Assembly: GCA_005881715.1 (NCBI GenBank)
Contig: VBEE01000035.1
Coordinates: forward strand, 12,260 to 76,259
Origin: Chloroflexota bacterium
GTDB lineage: Bacteria > Chloroflexota > Dormibacteria > CF-121
DNA: 64,000 nucleotides
Direction: 5' to 3'
Part shown: in pieces, positions 27,677 through 37,426 of the stretch
Layout of the letters: every line of letters begins with the position of its first letter
Numbering within the stretch: position 1 is the stretch's first letter
Made by a program: the position numbers and the translations under genes
The notes under the pieces: generated by a model
The model's database searches: none
Seen by the model: the letters and a program-made list of their open reading frames with translations, nothing else
What the model was told of the DNA's origin: nothing

Positions 27677-28630
27677 TCAGGCCAGCTCGTCGAAGAGCGG
27701 GGTGACATCCCGCTGGTACAGCGGCAGGTCGATCAGGGGGTGCTCCTTGAGCGCGGGGACCTTGCCGGCGAGCTGCTCGTCGTAGGTCGGAAGGTCGATC
27801 TTGTAGAAAAGTCCGACGGCCAGGCTGTCGCCAGTCTCGTACGACGTCTGCAGCGCCCGGGTCTTCTTCTGAACCACCTCATCGAGATTGGCGGGGTCTT
27901 TGACGACCGGGTCCCAGCTGGCATCGGCATCCAGACGGCGGAGCCGCGTTCGACCGATGTCGTCCCCCGCGTACCACTCCTTGGTGCGCAGGTCGTTGTA
28001 CACCGGGCAGGTCTGGAAGACATCGAGGAAGGAGGTTCCCTTGTGTTGGATCGCCTGGACGATGAGCGAGACGAGCGATTTCACGTCGAGGGCGTAGCCG
28101 CGGCCGATCCAGGTGTAGCCGGCTCCCAGCGCAACCGCCAGCGGATTGACGCCTTCCTGGATCGACGGTTCGGGCATGGACTTGGTCTGAAGTCCCTTGC
28201 CCAGGGTTGGTGAGGCTTGCCCTTTGGTGAGCCCGTAAACACCGTTGTTGAAGACGATATAGGTCATGTCGAGGTTGCGCCGGCCGCTGTTGACGAAATA
28301 TCCGGCGCCGATACCGTAGCCATCGCCGTCGCCACCCACCGCCACCACCGTCAGCTGATGGTTCGCGAGCTTCGCGCCGGTCGCGACCGGCAGCGCGCGG
28401 CCATGCAGCGTGTGGAGGCCGTAGGTGTCCACGTAGTGGGGCGTTTTCCCCGAACAGCCGATGCCGGAAATCATCGCGATTCGATGTGGCGGGATCTGCA
28501 GCTGAAAGAACGCCTGCTGGATCGAGCTCAGGATTCCGAAATCGCCACAGCCGGGACACCAATCGACGTGGACCTCAGTCTTGTACTCCTGCAGGCTGAA
28601 TTTCTTGGGCGGGGTGATCGTCTCAGGCAT
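27677..28630 (-). CDS. korB: 2-oxoacid:ferredoxin oxidoreductase beta subunit (TPP-binding)
   Basis: 'VDWCPGCGDFGIL' and the TPP motif 'GGDGDGYGIGAGYF...NNGVYGLTKGQ' are typical of the OFOR beta subunit. Start at 'MPETITPP'. Confidence 0.85.
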   Translation of the reverse strand: MPETITPPKKFSLQEYKTEVHVDWCPGCGDFGILSSIQQAFFQLQIPPHRIAMISGIGCSGKTPHYVDTYGLHTLHGRALPVATGAKLANHQLTVVAVGGDGDGYGIGAGYFVNSGRRNLDMTYIVFNNGVYGLTKGQASPTLGKGLQTKSMPEPSIQEGVNPLAVALGAGYTWIGRGYALDVKSLVSLIVQAIQHKGTSFLDVFQTCPVYNDLRTKEWYAGDDIGRTRLRRLDADASWDPVVKDPANLDEVVQKKTRALQTSYETGDSLAVGLFYKIDLPTYDEQLAGKVPALKEHPLIDLPLYQRDVTPLFDELA

Positions 28631-30494
28631 GCGAAACCATGACCTCCTTCGTTCGTTCCGACAACGCCTCACGGACTCCATCGACGATCTCGTTCCGCGA
28701 GAACGGCCGGCCGTCGTATTTCAGGACGCGATGATCGAGCGCGATGCCGGTCTGCTCCCGGATGAGTGCGCCCAGTTGCCCGGAGTAGTTCGCTTCGATC
28801 AGCACGGCGCGCTTGGCGTCGCGAAGCACGGCTTCGACCTCCTGGGCCGGGAATGGCCGCATCAGGCGCACCTGGAGAAAATTCACCGAGAAACCTTCCA
28901 GCTCGAGCTCGGTCATCCCATCCAGGATTGCGCCCTTCGTGGTGCCCCAGCCGACCAGGGTCAGGTCCGCACGCCGCGGGCCGTGCAGCTTGAATTTGAA
29001 GGACTCCGGAATCTCACGGGCGGCGGTCTGCAGCTTGACCATGCGCTTGCGCATCATCGTGATCCGGTTCTCGATGCCTTCGGTGATATGGCCTTCGGGG
29101 TCGTGCTCATCGCTGGTGGTTGAGAAGATGCCGCCCGCGGTTCCGGGCAGCGCGCGCGGGCTGATGCCATCCGCTGTGATGGCGTGGCGCCGGTAGCCAT
29201 TCTTTTCGGGGCTGACCGGCTGGTACACCAGGCCGCGATCGATCTTGAGCTTGCTGGTGTCGAGCCGGTCGGACGTGAACAACGAGGACGCCAGAAACTT
29301 TTCCAGCAGCACGATCACCGGGACCTGGTAGCGGTCGGCCCAGTTGAAGCTTTCGAAGCTGTCGACGAACGCTTCCTCGATGTCGCCGGAGGCGATCACG
29401 ATATGCGGGAAATCACCGTGGGCGGGATGCAGGGCGAACTGCAGGTCGGCCTGCTCGGTTCGAGTCGGCAGCCCGGTTGAGGGACCACCGCGTTGCCAGA
29501 GGAAGACCACCGGGCCCGGTGCCTCGGTGATCGCGGCGAATCCAAATCCCTCCGACATCAGGGCGAAGCCGGGGCCCGCCGTAGAGGTTGCCGCCCGAAT
29601 GCCCATGTGCGCGGCCCCGATCGCCATGTTGATGCTGGCAATTTCGTCCTCCGCCTGCACCACGGTCAGCTGGTACTGCGGACCTTTGGCCTCCAGGTAG
29701 ACACTCTCGTCGGTGGCCGGGCTGATCGGGTAGTAAGTCTGAAGCCCCAGCCCCGCTTTGATCTTGGCGATGCCGACGGCCTGGACGCCCTTGATCAGGA
29801 TGCGCGGCTTCCGCTGCTCGGCCGGAAGCGCCGCCAGCCGGCGCGCCGGCCGCTCCTGGAAATGGGCGCGCACGTAGTCCGCGGCCGCCTTCACCGCCAG
29901 CACGTTCATCTCGGCCGCCTCCGCTTTGCGACCCTTGAAGCTTTCGCGGATTGCCTCGAACAGGAGATCTTCGTCGTAACCGATCAGGGCCACCGAGGCA
30001 CCAAGCGCGACGGTGTTCCGCATCACGATGTACTTTCGCGATTGCCCTCCCTTGCCAAGCTGTTTCAGCGCCTCCTCGAGCACCTCGAAGTATGGGACCG
30101 GATACAGGCGGATGTCGTCGCGCTTGAATTGGGCGGGGTCAATCTTGAGATCCGCGTCGTAGACGATGCCACCGCCCGGCGCGACCCGGTGGACGTGACC
30201 GATGTGGCTCGGGTAGTGCTTGCGTTCGAGTGCATCGCCGAAGAGGCTCTCCTGGTCGAGCGCGACGAGCATATGAATCTCGTCGACGTGCGAACGGACG
30301 GGCAGGGGAGCGGCGGTCACCCGGTAATAGCTGTGCTTGCCCATGATGTTCGAGTGGAACTCGATGTTGGCGAAGACGTGCAGGCCGCCGCGCGTCAGCG
30401 CTTTGGCGTAGATCTCGGCCGAGGCATTGATGCCTCCGCCCTGGGGGCCGCCGATGACCCAGGAGAGTTCCCGGCGGCTGAGTTCAGTAGGCAC
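28623..30494 (-). CDS. korA: 2-oxoacid:ferredoxin oxidoreductase alpha subunit (fused gamma-alpha)
   Basis: Large OFOR alpha subunit with an N-terminal 'SWVIGGPQGGGINASAEIYAKAL' gamma-like domain and a pyrimidine-binding domain. Start trimmed to GTG ('VPTELSRRELSW') to avoid overlapping the upstream radical SAM gene. Confidence 0.85.
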   Translation of the reverse strand: MPTELSRRELSWVIGGPQGGGINASAEIYAKALTRGGLHVFANIEFHSNIMGKHSYYRVTAAPLPVRSHVDEIHMLVALDQESLFGDALERKHYPSHIGHVHRVAPGGGIVYDADLKIDPAQFKRDDIRLYPVPYFEVLEEALKQLGKGGQSRKYIVMRNTVALGASVALIGYDEDLLFEAIRESFKGRKAEAAEMNVLAVKAAADYVRAHFQERPARRLAALPAEQRKPRILIKGVQAVGIAKIKAGLGLQTYYPISPATDESVYLEAKGPQYQLTVVQAEDEIASINMAIGAAHMGIRAATSTAGPGFALMSEGFGFAAITEAPGPVVFLWQRGGPSTGLPTRTEQADLQFALHPAHGDFPHIVIASGDIEEAFVDSFESFNWADRYQVPVIVLLEKFLASSLFTSDRLDTSKLKIDRGLVYQPVSPEKNGYRRHAITADGISPRALPGTAGGIFSTTSDEHDPEGHITEGIENRITMMRKRMVKLQTAAREIPESFKFKLHGPRRADLTLVGWGTTKGAILDGMTELELEGFSVNFLQVRLMRPFPAQEVEAVLRDAKRAVLIEANYSGQLGALIREQTGIALDHRVLKYDGRPFSRNEIVDGVREALSERTKEVMVSHA

Positions 30495-31587
30495 GACCAG
30501 CGCTGATTTTAGCGTTAGACCAGATTCCCGGGATCTTGAAGCCGCACCGATAGCAAGTCCCAAGCCCGGTCAATCGGTCTTCGAGGATTCGATAGCCAAA
30601 CCGCCGCACCAGCGCCGTCTGGCACGAGGGGCATCGGGTGTCTTCGTAGCGGCCGACCCGGCCCGGAAGGTTGCCGGCATAGATGTACTGCAGGCCGGCC
30701 GCCTCACCGATCGCGGCGGCTCGGAGCAGGGTCTGCGGCGTGGTGTTGTCCGGGTCCTGCATCCTGTAGTCCTTGTGGAAGGCGGTCACGTGCCAGGGGA
30801 TGCTGGGCGAGAGGCCAGCGAGGAAACGCGCGATGTCCCCCAGCTCTTCGTCGCTGTCATTGAATCCGGGAATGATCAGCGTGACGATCTCGAGCCAGAA
30901 ACCCATCTCATGCACCATCCGAACGCCGTTCACGATGTTCTCGAGCTTGCCGCCGAGGGAGCGGTAATTCTTGTCGCGGAAAGACTTGAGGTCGATCTTG
31001 TAGAGATCGGTAAAGGGGCGGATGTACTCGAGGACTTCCCGAGTGGCATTGCCGTTGGAGATGTACGCCGTCATGAAGCCACGCGGCCGCGCTTCCTTGA
31101 ATACCTCAACCGCCCACTCGGAGGTGATCAGGGGCTCGTTGTATGAGGTGGCGACCACCGACGCCTCCTGACGCTGGGCAATATCGACCAGCTGCCGGGG
31201 CCTGACATCCATCGGCTCGGATAGCGCACCTGGATCGCGCAGCGCCTGCGACGTGACCCAGTTTTGGCAGTAGGAGCAGTGCAGGTCACAACCGAGCATG
31301 CCGAACGTGAGGGCGTCGGTGCCGGGAAACGCGTGGAAGAAGGGCTTCTTCTCGATCGGGTCGCACTGCAGCGCCCCCACGTAGCCGCGCGGGACCATGA
31401 GGGTGCCGCCGCGGTTGTAGCGGACCTTGCAGATGCCGCGAAGCCCCTCCTTGATCAGGCAGCGGTGGGCGCAGGCGTAGCAGCGAACCTGGTCGTCTGG
31501 CAGCTTTTCGTAGAGCGTTCCGAGGGCGCCCTCCTCGACCCGCCGGTCGAGCGCCTGGGAGAACGGGGTTGCCTCTTTGGCGGGCAT
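30484..31587 (-). CDS. Radical SAM enzyme of the AmmeMemoRadiSam-system type
   Basis: Radical SAM motif 'CDLHCSYCQNW' plus an N-terminal Cys cluster ('CYACAHRC...GICKVR'). The domain order resembles the AMMECR1/Memo-associated radical SAM family. No AMMECR1 or Memo genes are adjacent. Confidence 0.7.
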   Translation of the reverse strand: MPAKEATPFSQALDRRVEEGALGTLYEKLPDDQVRCYACAHRCLIKEGLRGICKVRYNRGGTLMVPRGYVGALQCDPIEKKPFFHAFPGTDALTFGMLGCDLHCSYCQNWVTSQALRDPGALSEPMDVRPRQLVDIAQRQEASVVATSYNEPLITSEWAVEVFKEARPRGFMTAYISNGNATREVLEYIRPFTDLYKIDLKSFRDKNYRSLGGKLENIVNGVRMVHEMGFWLEIVTLIIPGFNDSDEELGDIARFLAGLSPSIPWHVTAFHKDYRMQDPDNTTPQTLLRAAAIGEAAGLQYIYAGNLPGRVGRYEDTRCPSCQTALVRRFGYRILEDRLTGLGTCYRCGFKIPGIWSNAKISAGRAY

Positions 31588-31606
31588 AGCCTGAATATAG
31601 AGGGAG

Positions 31607-32005
31607 ATGGAGCAGCTTCGACAGGCCGTGATGGTGCTACTTGCTATCAGCGCGGTGATCTGCCTGGCGGCGATCGCAAGCGCGTCGTATGAGTTCAGAA
31701 CCGGCCGTCTCGTCCGCTATCCCTTTCGCCGGAAGGTTCCCGCGACAGCGGAAGACATTCGAAAGAACGGCCTCGCACTCGTGCTCAACGACCTCGGAGT
31801 GTTGCTGGTCGACTTTATCGTCGTCTCAGGCGTGCTGCTGGAGGGAGCTCGTTTCGACCCTGTACTCGGCGTCGGCTATCTCGTCGCTGGGGCCGCGGGA
31901 TTCGCGGCATCGTTCCTCACGATGTTCGCCTCAATCCACCTCCGGGGCGACGTGCGCTATGTGAAGCGTCAGAAGGCTGCGTCGGTTCCGTCGGCTCAGA
32001 CTTAG
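31607..32005 (+). CDS. Hypothetical small membrane protein
   Basis: ORF with two or three hydrophobic segments. Divergent from the radical SAM gene. No motif recognised. Confidence 0.4.
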   Translation: MEQLRQAVMVLLAISAVICLAAIASASYEFRTGRLVRYPFRRKVPATAEDIRKNGLALVLNDLGVLLVDFIVVSGVLLEGARFDPVLGVGYLVAGAAGFAASFLTMFASIHLRGDVRYVKRQKAASVPSAQT

Positions 32006-33717
32006 GCCGCGTTCGGGACGACCTGCAACCGTTTCGGCCGGACGAAACCGCTGTTGGGGGCCGGGTCGAAATAGCTGACCGGCACCGCGTTGCCGGTCGA
32101 CTCGAGCACTTCCATCATCCGCGGAATGGCCCCGGTCGCGGTCAGCATCCCGGTGACCTTGCCGTTCTCATACCCCGTCTGTTTGTAGACGAAGATGTCC
32201 TGAAGCGAGATCTGATCGCCCTCGATCCCGGTCACCTCGGAGATGTACGTGATCTTCCGGGTGCCGTCTCGCAAGCGGTTCTGCTGGATGATGATGTTGA
32301 TGGCCGACGCAATCTGCTCCCGAATGGCGCGGGACGGCAGTTCCATGCCGGCCATCAGGACGAGCGTCTCGAGGCGGGAGATCGTGTCTCGAGGCGTATT
32401 CGAGTGCACCGTGGTCAGCGACCCATCGTGACCGGTGTTCATGGCCTGGAGCATGTCCAGAGCCTCTCCGCTGCGGACTTCTCCCACGACGATCCGGTCG
32501 GGCCGCATTCGGAGGGTGTTGATGACGAGGTCGCGAATGCTGACGCCACCCTTGCCTTCCACGTTGTTGGGCCGCGACTCCAGGTTGATCACGTGGATCT
32601 GACGCAGCTGCAACTCCGCGGCGTCCTCAACCGTGATGATCCGCTCGTCTGAAGGGATGAAGCTCGAGAGCACATTGAGCGTCGTGGTCTTTCCCGACGA
32701 CCCACCACCGGCCACCACGATGTTCATCCGGGCGTTCACGCAAGCCTTGAGAAAGACGGCCATCTCCTCGGTCAGGGTCTGATTCTTGATCAGGTCCGTG
32801 ATCTGGAGGGGGTCTTTGCGCATCTTGCGGATGGTCACCGACGCACCCCTCACCGCCAGCGGCGGGATGATCACGTTGACTCGAGAACCGTCGGGAAGAC
32901 GGGCGTCAACCATCGGCGAGCTCTCATCGACACGTCGCCCAACTCCCGTGACGATTCGCGAGATGATCTGCATCAGGTGGGCATCGCTGTCGAACTTGAT
33001 GGCCGCCCGCTGCATCTTGCTGCCACGCTCGACGTAGACCTTGTTTGGGCCGTTGACCATGATGTCGGAGATCGCCTCGTCGGCGAGCAGCAAATCGAGG
33101 GGACCAAAGCCCAGGATGTCGGCGAGGAGCGCTCCCAGCAACTTGTCGCGGGTCTGGGTGGTCAGCGTCACCCGGCGGGCGCTCAGGTAGGCGTCGAGCA
33201 CCTCGGTCGCCCGCTGGCTGATCGCCTCTCGGTCAAGTTCGTTCGCCCGCTCACCGAGCTCGCCGATGATCCGGTCATGGACGGCGGCCTTGATCCGGTG
33301 CAGCCGCTCGGCTTCGGGCAGGTCGCTGAGATTGGCGTTCGCGGGCGCCGGCCTGGGCTCATCGCCGGGCGCCGGGCGGGCCGCCGCCACGCGGTCCGAG
33401 AGCCTCGGTGCGGGCGCCGGCTCGGGAGCTGGCGGTGGCGCGGCGGTCGGCCGCGGGGCTGGTGCCGGTGGGGAGAGTGGTCTTGCGATGGGCTTTGGCG
33501 CCACAGGCGGGAGCGGTGGACGGACGGGGACCGGCGGCCGAGTTGGGTTCGGGCTGTACGGGGCTGACCGAGCCGGCGGCAGGGGGCGCTGGCTTTGCTG
33601 GGGCGGCGGAGCCGAAGGGGCTACCGGCGGCTGGCTCGGCCGTGCGGGCGCCTTGGGGGCCGGGGGCGGCGATCCGGGTTCGCCCTGGGATTTCTGAATA
33701 CGTTCGAGCAGCGACAA
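32002..33717 (-). CDS. CpaF/TadA-family secretion ATPase (type II/IV secretion NTPase) with ~140-aa Pro-rich N-terminal extension
   Basis: Walker A '[11 protein letters not shown]', Asp box, Walker B '[32 protein letters not shown]' and the His box are typical of CpaF/VirB11. The N-terminus is a '[23 protein letters not shown]...' low-complexity stretch. Confidence 0.85.
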   Translation of the reverse strand: MSLLERIQKSQGEPGSPPPAPKAPARPSQPPVAPSAPPPQQSQRPLPPARSAPYSPNPTRPPVPVRPPLPPVAPKPIARPLSPPAPAPRPTAAPPPAPEPAPAPRLSDRVAAARPAPGDEPRPAPANANLSDLPEAERLHRIKAAVHDRIIGELGERANELDREAISQRATEVLDAYLSARRVTLTTQTRDKLLGALLADILGFGPLDLLLADEAISDIMVNGPNKVYVERGSKMQRAAIKFDSDAHLMQIISRIVTGVGRRVDESSPMVDARLPDGSRVNVIIPPLAVRGASVTIRKMRKDPLQITDLIKNQTLTEEMAVFLKACVNARMNIVVAGGGSSGKTTTLNVLSSFIPSDERIITVEDAAELQLRQIHVINLESRPNNVEGKGGVSIRDLVINTLRMRPDRIVVGEVRSGEALDMLQAMNTGHDGSLTTVHSNTPRDTISRLETLVLMAGMELPSRAIREQIASAINIIIQQNRLRDGTRKITYISEVTGIEGDQISLQDIFVYKQTGYENGKVTGMLTATGAIPRMMEVLESTGNAVPVSYFDPAPNSGFVRPKRLQVVPNAA

Positions 33718-33924
33718 GCGGTTCTCTACCCCCAGTTCGTTCGAATTGGCGAACCGAGCCGAATGCTACGGAGCGAGCCTTACGAACCAGACAGCGCGCG
33801 GGTAACAGGGCGATGGCACGGCTGCCACAGCTCCAGCGCTGGCCGATGACTGCGAATTACGCAGGAATACGAGTTGAATTCCGATTTGCCTGAGAGCACC
33901 ATCATTTAACGGGAGGTCGAATCT

Positions 33925-34065
33925 ATGTCGTTATCGAAGATCTTTCTGATCATCGCTCTCATCTGCTTCATTCTCGACGCGCTCGCCGGCCGCATGAAGT
34001 TCCGGGCGCCTTTCGGCTTGCTGGCCGGGGGCCTGGCGTTCCTGACCGCGTCGCAGCTCTTCTAG
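33925..34065 (+). CDS. Small hydrophobic ORF (46 aa) with strong RBS
   Basis: GGGAGG sits 8 nt upstream of the ATG. Translation 'MSLSKIFLIIALICFILDALAGRMKFRAPFGLLAGGLAFLTASQLF' predicts two TM helices. It is too short for the ORF track and lies in a lower-GC intergenic stretch upstream of the CpaF-like gene. Confidence 0.35.
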   Translation: MSLSKIFLIIALICFILDALAGRMKFRAPFGLLAGGLAFLTASQLF

Positions 34066-34074
34066 GGGCCGTTC

Positions 34075-34419
34075 TTAGAGGAAGCCAAGTTCCATCTTGG
34101 CGTCGTCGCTCATCATGTCGGCGCTCCACGGTGGGGAGTAGACGAGCTCGACCGTACAGGCGGCGACGCCTGGGACCTCTTCGACCTTGGATTTGACCTC
34201 GTCGAACAGGTCCTGCGCCCACGGGCACCCGATCGCAGTCAGCGTCATTTTGACGAGCACATTGCCCTCGTCGATATTCAACTCGTAGACCAGCCCGAGC
34301 GACATGATGTCCAGGCCGATCTCCGGATCGCGACAGGTCGCGAGCTGGGCCTCGACCTGCTGGCGCAGATCACCCGAGGCCGGCGCCTGGGTCGTTTCCA
34401 TGGTGTCCGCCATAGTCAA
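34075..34419 (-). CDS. sufT: DUF59/MIP18-family Fe-S assembly protein (SufT-like)
   Basis: 'DPEIGLDIMSLGLVYELNID...TLTAIGCPWAQDL' is the DUF59 signature with the conserved Cys. It is the last gene of the suf operon. Confidence 0.8.
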   Translation of the reverse strand: MTMADTMETTQAPASGDLRQQVEAQLATCRDPEIGLDIMSLGLVYELNIDEGNVLVKMTLTAIGCPWAQDLFDEVKSKVEEVPGVAACTVELVYSPPWSADMMSDDAKMELGFL

Positions 34420-34422
34420 ATC

Positions 34423-34689
34423 TTAGTCCGGAACCTCGACAAAGACGTCGCCGTTCTCGACCGTCACCTCGAAGGTTTTCGCGGGGATCACCGCAGGCAG
34501 GCCGGTCACCTTTCCGGTGCGGACGTCGAAGCGGGAGCCGTGCCGCGGGCATTCGACGGACATCTCCCACAGCTCGCCTTCGCATAGGGAGTACTCCTCG
34601 TGCGTGCAGGTGTCGCCGATGGCATAAAAGTTGTCGTCCTCCGCGTGCACCAGGCAGATCGGCTCGCCGTCGACGTCAACGCGCATCAT
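34423..34689 (-). CDS. Rieske [2Fe-2S] ferredoxin-like protein
   Basis: 'CTHEEYSLCEG...CPRHGSRF' matches the CxH...CxxH Rieske motifs. Embedded in the suf operon. Start at 'MMRVDVDG'. Confidence 0.7.
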   Translation of the reverse strand: MMRVDVDGEPICLVHAEDDNFYAIGDTCTHEEYSLCEGELWEMSVECPRHGSRFDVRTGKVTGLPAVIPAKTFEVTVENGDVFVEVPD

Positions 34690-34738
34690 CGACTCCTTTG
34701 GCAGGTCGGCCGTGGACGCCACGCGCTGCTTGGTCACG

Positions 34739-36013
34739 CTATTCAATGCGGGCAGCCAGCTCCTGCTCCACGGCATCACGGACCAGCGGTACGGGGATTC
34801 GGTCGAGCACCTCCCCGAGGAATCCCTGGACCAGCATCCGCTCGGCGACCGGATGGGGAATCCCCCGGCTCTCCAGGTAGAAGAGGTGTTCGGGGTCCAC
34901 CGGACCGACGGTTGCGCCGTGGCTGCAGCGCAAGATGTCGTTATTCAAGATCTCGAGGATGGGCTCGGAGGTCGCCTTTGCCTTTTCGGAAAGCAGCAGG
35001 TTGCGATTGGCCTGGTTCGAGGAACTTCCGCGCGCCGCCGCTTCGACCCGAACCACGCCCACGTACACGCTTTTCGCCTGGTCGCGCAGGGCTCCTTTGA
35101 AGAGCAGATCGGAGGTGGTGTGGGGCCCGACGTGATCCTGCAGGGTGCGGAAATCGAACGCTTGTTCACCGGTGCCGAAGAACAGGCCCTTCATATCTGC
35201 GCTCGAGCCCGGCCCTTCCAGGATGGCTTCCACACGGAGCCGGGCCAGGTGAGCGCCCAGGGCAACGTCGACCATCCGCAGGCGCGCGTCACGACCAAGA
35301 TGAAATCGCTGGTTGGCAAACTGCCACGTTTTGACGCTCCAGTGCTGGAGCGCGACGTAGCCCACCTCCGCCCCCTCCTCGAGGAAGACCTCGGACGACC
35401 CGCTGGCAAGGGTCGCTTCCTGGCGGTCGCTGCTCAGGAACTGGTCGACGAATTGGAACCGGGAGCCCTTGCCGGCGACCACCAGCGAGTGCGGCAACAC
35501 GGCCGCGCCGGGGCCGCCCGACCAGAACTGGCTCACCAGCGGCTGCTCAACCGTTACCCCGTCGGGAACATAGAGGAAGCTCCCACCACTGAACAGCGCG
35601 GCGTGCAAGGCGGCGAACTTGTCTCGCTCCGGCTTGACGGCACTGAACAAGTAGCGCTGGACCAGCTCGGGATAAGCGGAGGCGGCGGCTGCCAGCGGCA
35701 TGAGGATCACGCCGCGCCGGGCAAGATCTGGCGCGATGGACGCCACCGCCGGGGAGGTTCCGCGCTGACGAAGTGTCGCCCCCACGTTCTCAAGAGTTCC
35801 GGCCGGAGCCAGGCCATTCGGCTGCTGGAACGCCGCGTAGGCCTCGAGGTTCAGGGCCTTGAGGTCGACCTGTTTCCAGTCCTCATTGCGCCTTGTATCC
35901 GGCAGGCTCATACCCTCGAACACGCCGAAGGCATCGAGCCGGCGGGCGCGCAGCCACTCAGGTTCGCCGTGAAGAGCGCTCAGCTCTTCGACGGCAGCCT
36001 TCGTAAATGCCAT
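34739..36013 (-). CDS. sufD: Fe-S cluster assembly protein SufD
   Basis: SufB/SufD-family beta-helix protein lacking the SufB N-terminal Cys motif. Positioned after sufB. Confidence 0.85.
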   Translation of the reverse strand: MAFTKAAVEELSALHGEPEWLRARRLDAFGVFEGMSLPDTRRNEDWKQVDLKALNLEAYAAFQQPNGLAPAGTLENVGATLRQRGTSPAVASIAPDLARRGVILMPLAAAASAYPELVQRYLFSAVKPERDKFAALHAALFSGGSFLYVPDGVTVEQPLVSQFWSGGPGAAVLPHSLVVAGKGSRFQFVDQFLSSDRQEATLASGSSEVFLEEGAEVGYVALQHWSVKTWQFANQRFHLGRDARLRMVDVALGAHLARLRVEAILEGPGSSADMKGLFFGTGEQAFDFRTLQDHVGPHTTSDLLFKGALRDQAKSVYVGVVRVEAAARGSSSNQANRNLLLSEKAKATSEPILEILNNDILRCSHGATVGPVDPEHLFYLESRGIPHPVAERMLVQGFLGEVLDRIPVPLVRDAVEQELAARIE

Positions 36014-37426
36014 CTACCCGACGGAGCCGATCATCTCGAGCTGGATCAGGCGATTCAGCTCGACGGCGTACTCGATCGGAAGCTCCTTGGTGAAGGGTTC
36101 GATGAAGCCGTTCACGATCATCGTTTCGGCCTCGGCCCTGGTGATGCCCCGGCTTTGCAAGTAGAAGAGTTGCTCGTCTGACACCTTGCTGACCGTGGCC
36201 TCGTGTCCGATCCGGACCTGGGGCTCATCCACCTCGGTCGTGGGATACGTGTCTGAACGCGACTGCTCGTCCAGCAGCAACGCGTCGCATCGGACGAAGG
36301 ATTTCGAGTTCTTCGCGCCGGGATAGACCTTGACCAGTCCGCGGTAGGAGGTCCGCCCGCCGTTCTTCGAGATCGACTTCGAGACGATGTTCGAGCTGGT
36401 GTTCGGCGCCACGTGCACGGCCTTGCCGCCGGCATCCTGATGCTGGCCCTTGCCGGCAAACGCCACGCTAAGCACGTCGCCCTTCGCGCCGGGCTCCATC
36501 AGGTAGATCGAGGGATACTTCATCGTGATCTGCGAGCCGAGGTTGCCATCGACCCATTCCATGGTGGCATCGCCGTAGGCGACCGCCCGCTTCGTCACCA
36601 GGTTGTAGACGTTGGTCGACCAGTTCTGGACGGTGGTGTAGCGGCAACGCGCGCCACGCTTGACGATGATCTCGACCACCGCCGAGTGCAGGGAGTCCGT
36701 CGTGTAGATGGGCGCGGTGCAGCCCTCGATGTAGTGGACGAAGCTGTCCTCGTCGCAGATGATCAGGGTCCGCTCGAACTGCCCCATGTTCTCGGCGTTG
36801 ATCCGGAAGTAGGCCTGCAGCGGAATCTCGACCTTGACACCCTTGGGGACGTAGATGAAGGACCCACCCGACCAGACGGCGCTGTTCAAGGCCGCCAGCT
36901 TGTTGTCACCCGGTGGGATGATCGTGCCGAAGTACTCCTTGAAGAGGTCAGGGTGGTCCCGCAGCGCGCTGTCGGTGTCGGTGAAGATCACGCCCTTCGA
37001 CTCCAATTCTTTGTGCAGGGAGTGATAGACAACCTCAGATTCGTACTGCGCCGCCACGCCGGCGAGGAACTTCCGCTCCGCCTGGGGCACGCCGAGGCGG
37101 TCGAAGGTGTTCTTGATGTCGGCCGGCACGTCCTCCCAGGTCTTGCCCTGCTTCTCAGTCGACTTCAGGTAGTAATAGATGTTCTGGAAATCGATCGATG
37201 AAAGATCGGCGCCCCAGGTTGGCAGCTCCTTCTTGTCCCAAATCTGCAGCGCGCGCAGCCGGAACTTGGTCATCCACTCCGGCTCGTTCTTCATCCAGGA
37301 GATCTCTTTGACGACCTCTGGGCTCAGGCCTCGCTTGGCCTTGAAGACGAACTTCTCCGGGTCAAAGAAGCCGTACTTCTCCTTGTAGTTGTCGCCAACG
37401 TCGATTCGTGGAATCACGGTTGCCAT
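36014..37426 (-). CDS. sufB: Fe-S cluster assembly protein SufB
   Basis: Highly conserved 470-aa SufB translation ('[17 protein letters not shown]...', 'GEFANDVY'-type regions). Confidence 0.95.
   Translation of the reverse strand: MATVIPRIDVGDNYKEKYGFFDPEKFVFKAKRGLSPEVVKEISWMKNEPEWMTKFRLRALQIWDKKELPTWGADLSSIDFQNIYYYLKSTEKQGKTWEDVPADIKNTFDRLGVPQAERKFLAGVAAQYESEVVYHSLHKELESKGVIFTDTDSALRDHPDLFKEYFGTIIPPGDNKLAALNSAVWSGGSFIYVPKGVKVEIPLQAYFRINAENMGQFERTLIICDEDSFVHYIEGCTAPIYTTDSLHSAVVEIIVKRGARCRYTTVQNWSTNVYNLVTKRAVAYGDATMEWVDGNLGSQITMKYPSIYLMEPGAKGDVLSVAFAGKGQHQDAGGKAVHVAPNTSSNIVSKSISKNGGRTSYRGLVKVYPGAKNSKSFVRCDALLLDEQSRSDTYPTTEVDEPQVRIGHEATVSKVSDEQLFYLQSRGITRAEAETMIVNGFIEPFTKELPIEYAVELNRLIQLEMIGSVG

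Noticed and set aside
29493-30506. 337-aa plus-strand ORF
   Set aside because: Antisense to korA.
33925-34065. Flp-type pilin for the CpaF-like ATPase
   Set aside because: The mini-protein lacks the G/xxxxEY prepilin processing motif and is on the opposite strand. It is kept only as a generic small membrane ORF.
34631-36181. 516-aa plus-strand ORF
   Set aside because: Antisense to sufD/sufB, which are unmistakable. This is a compositional artefact.
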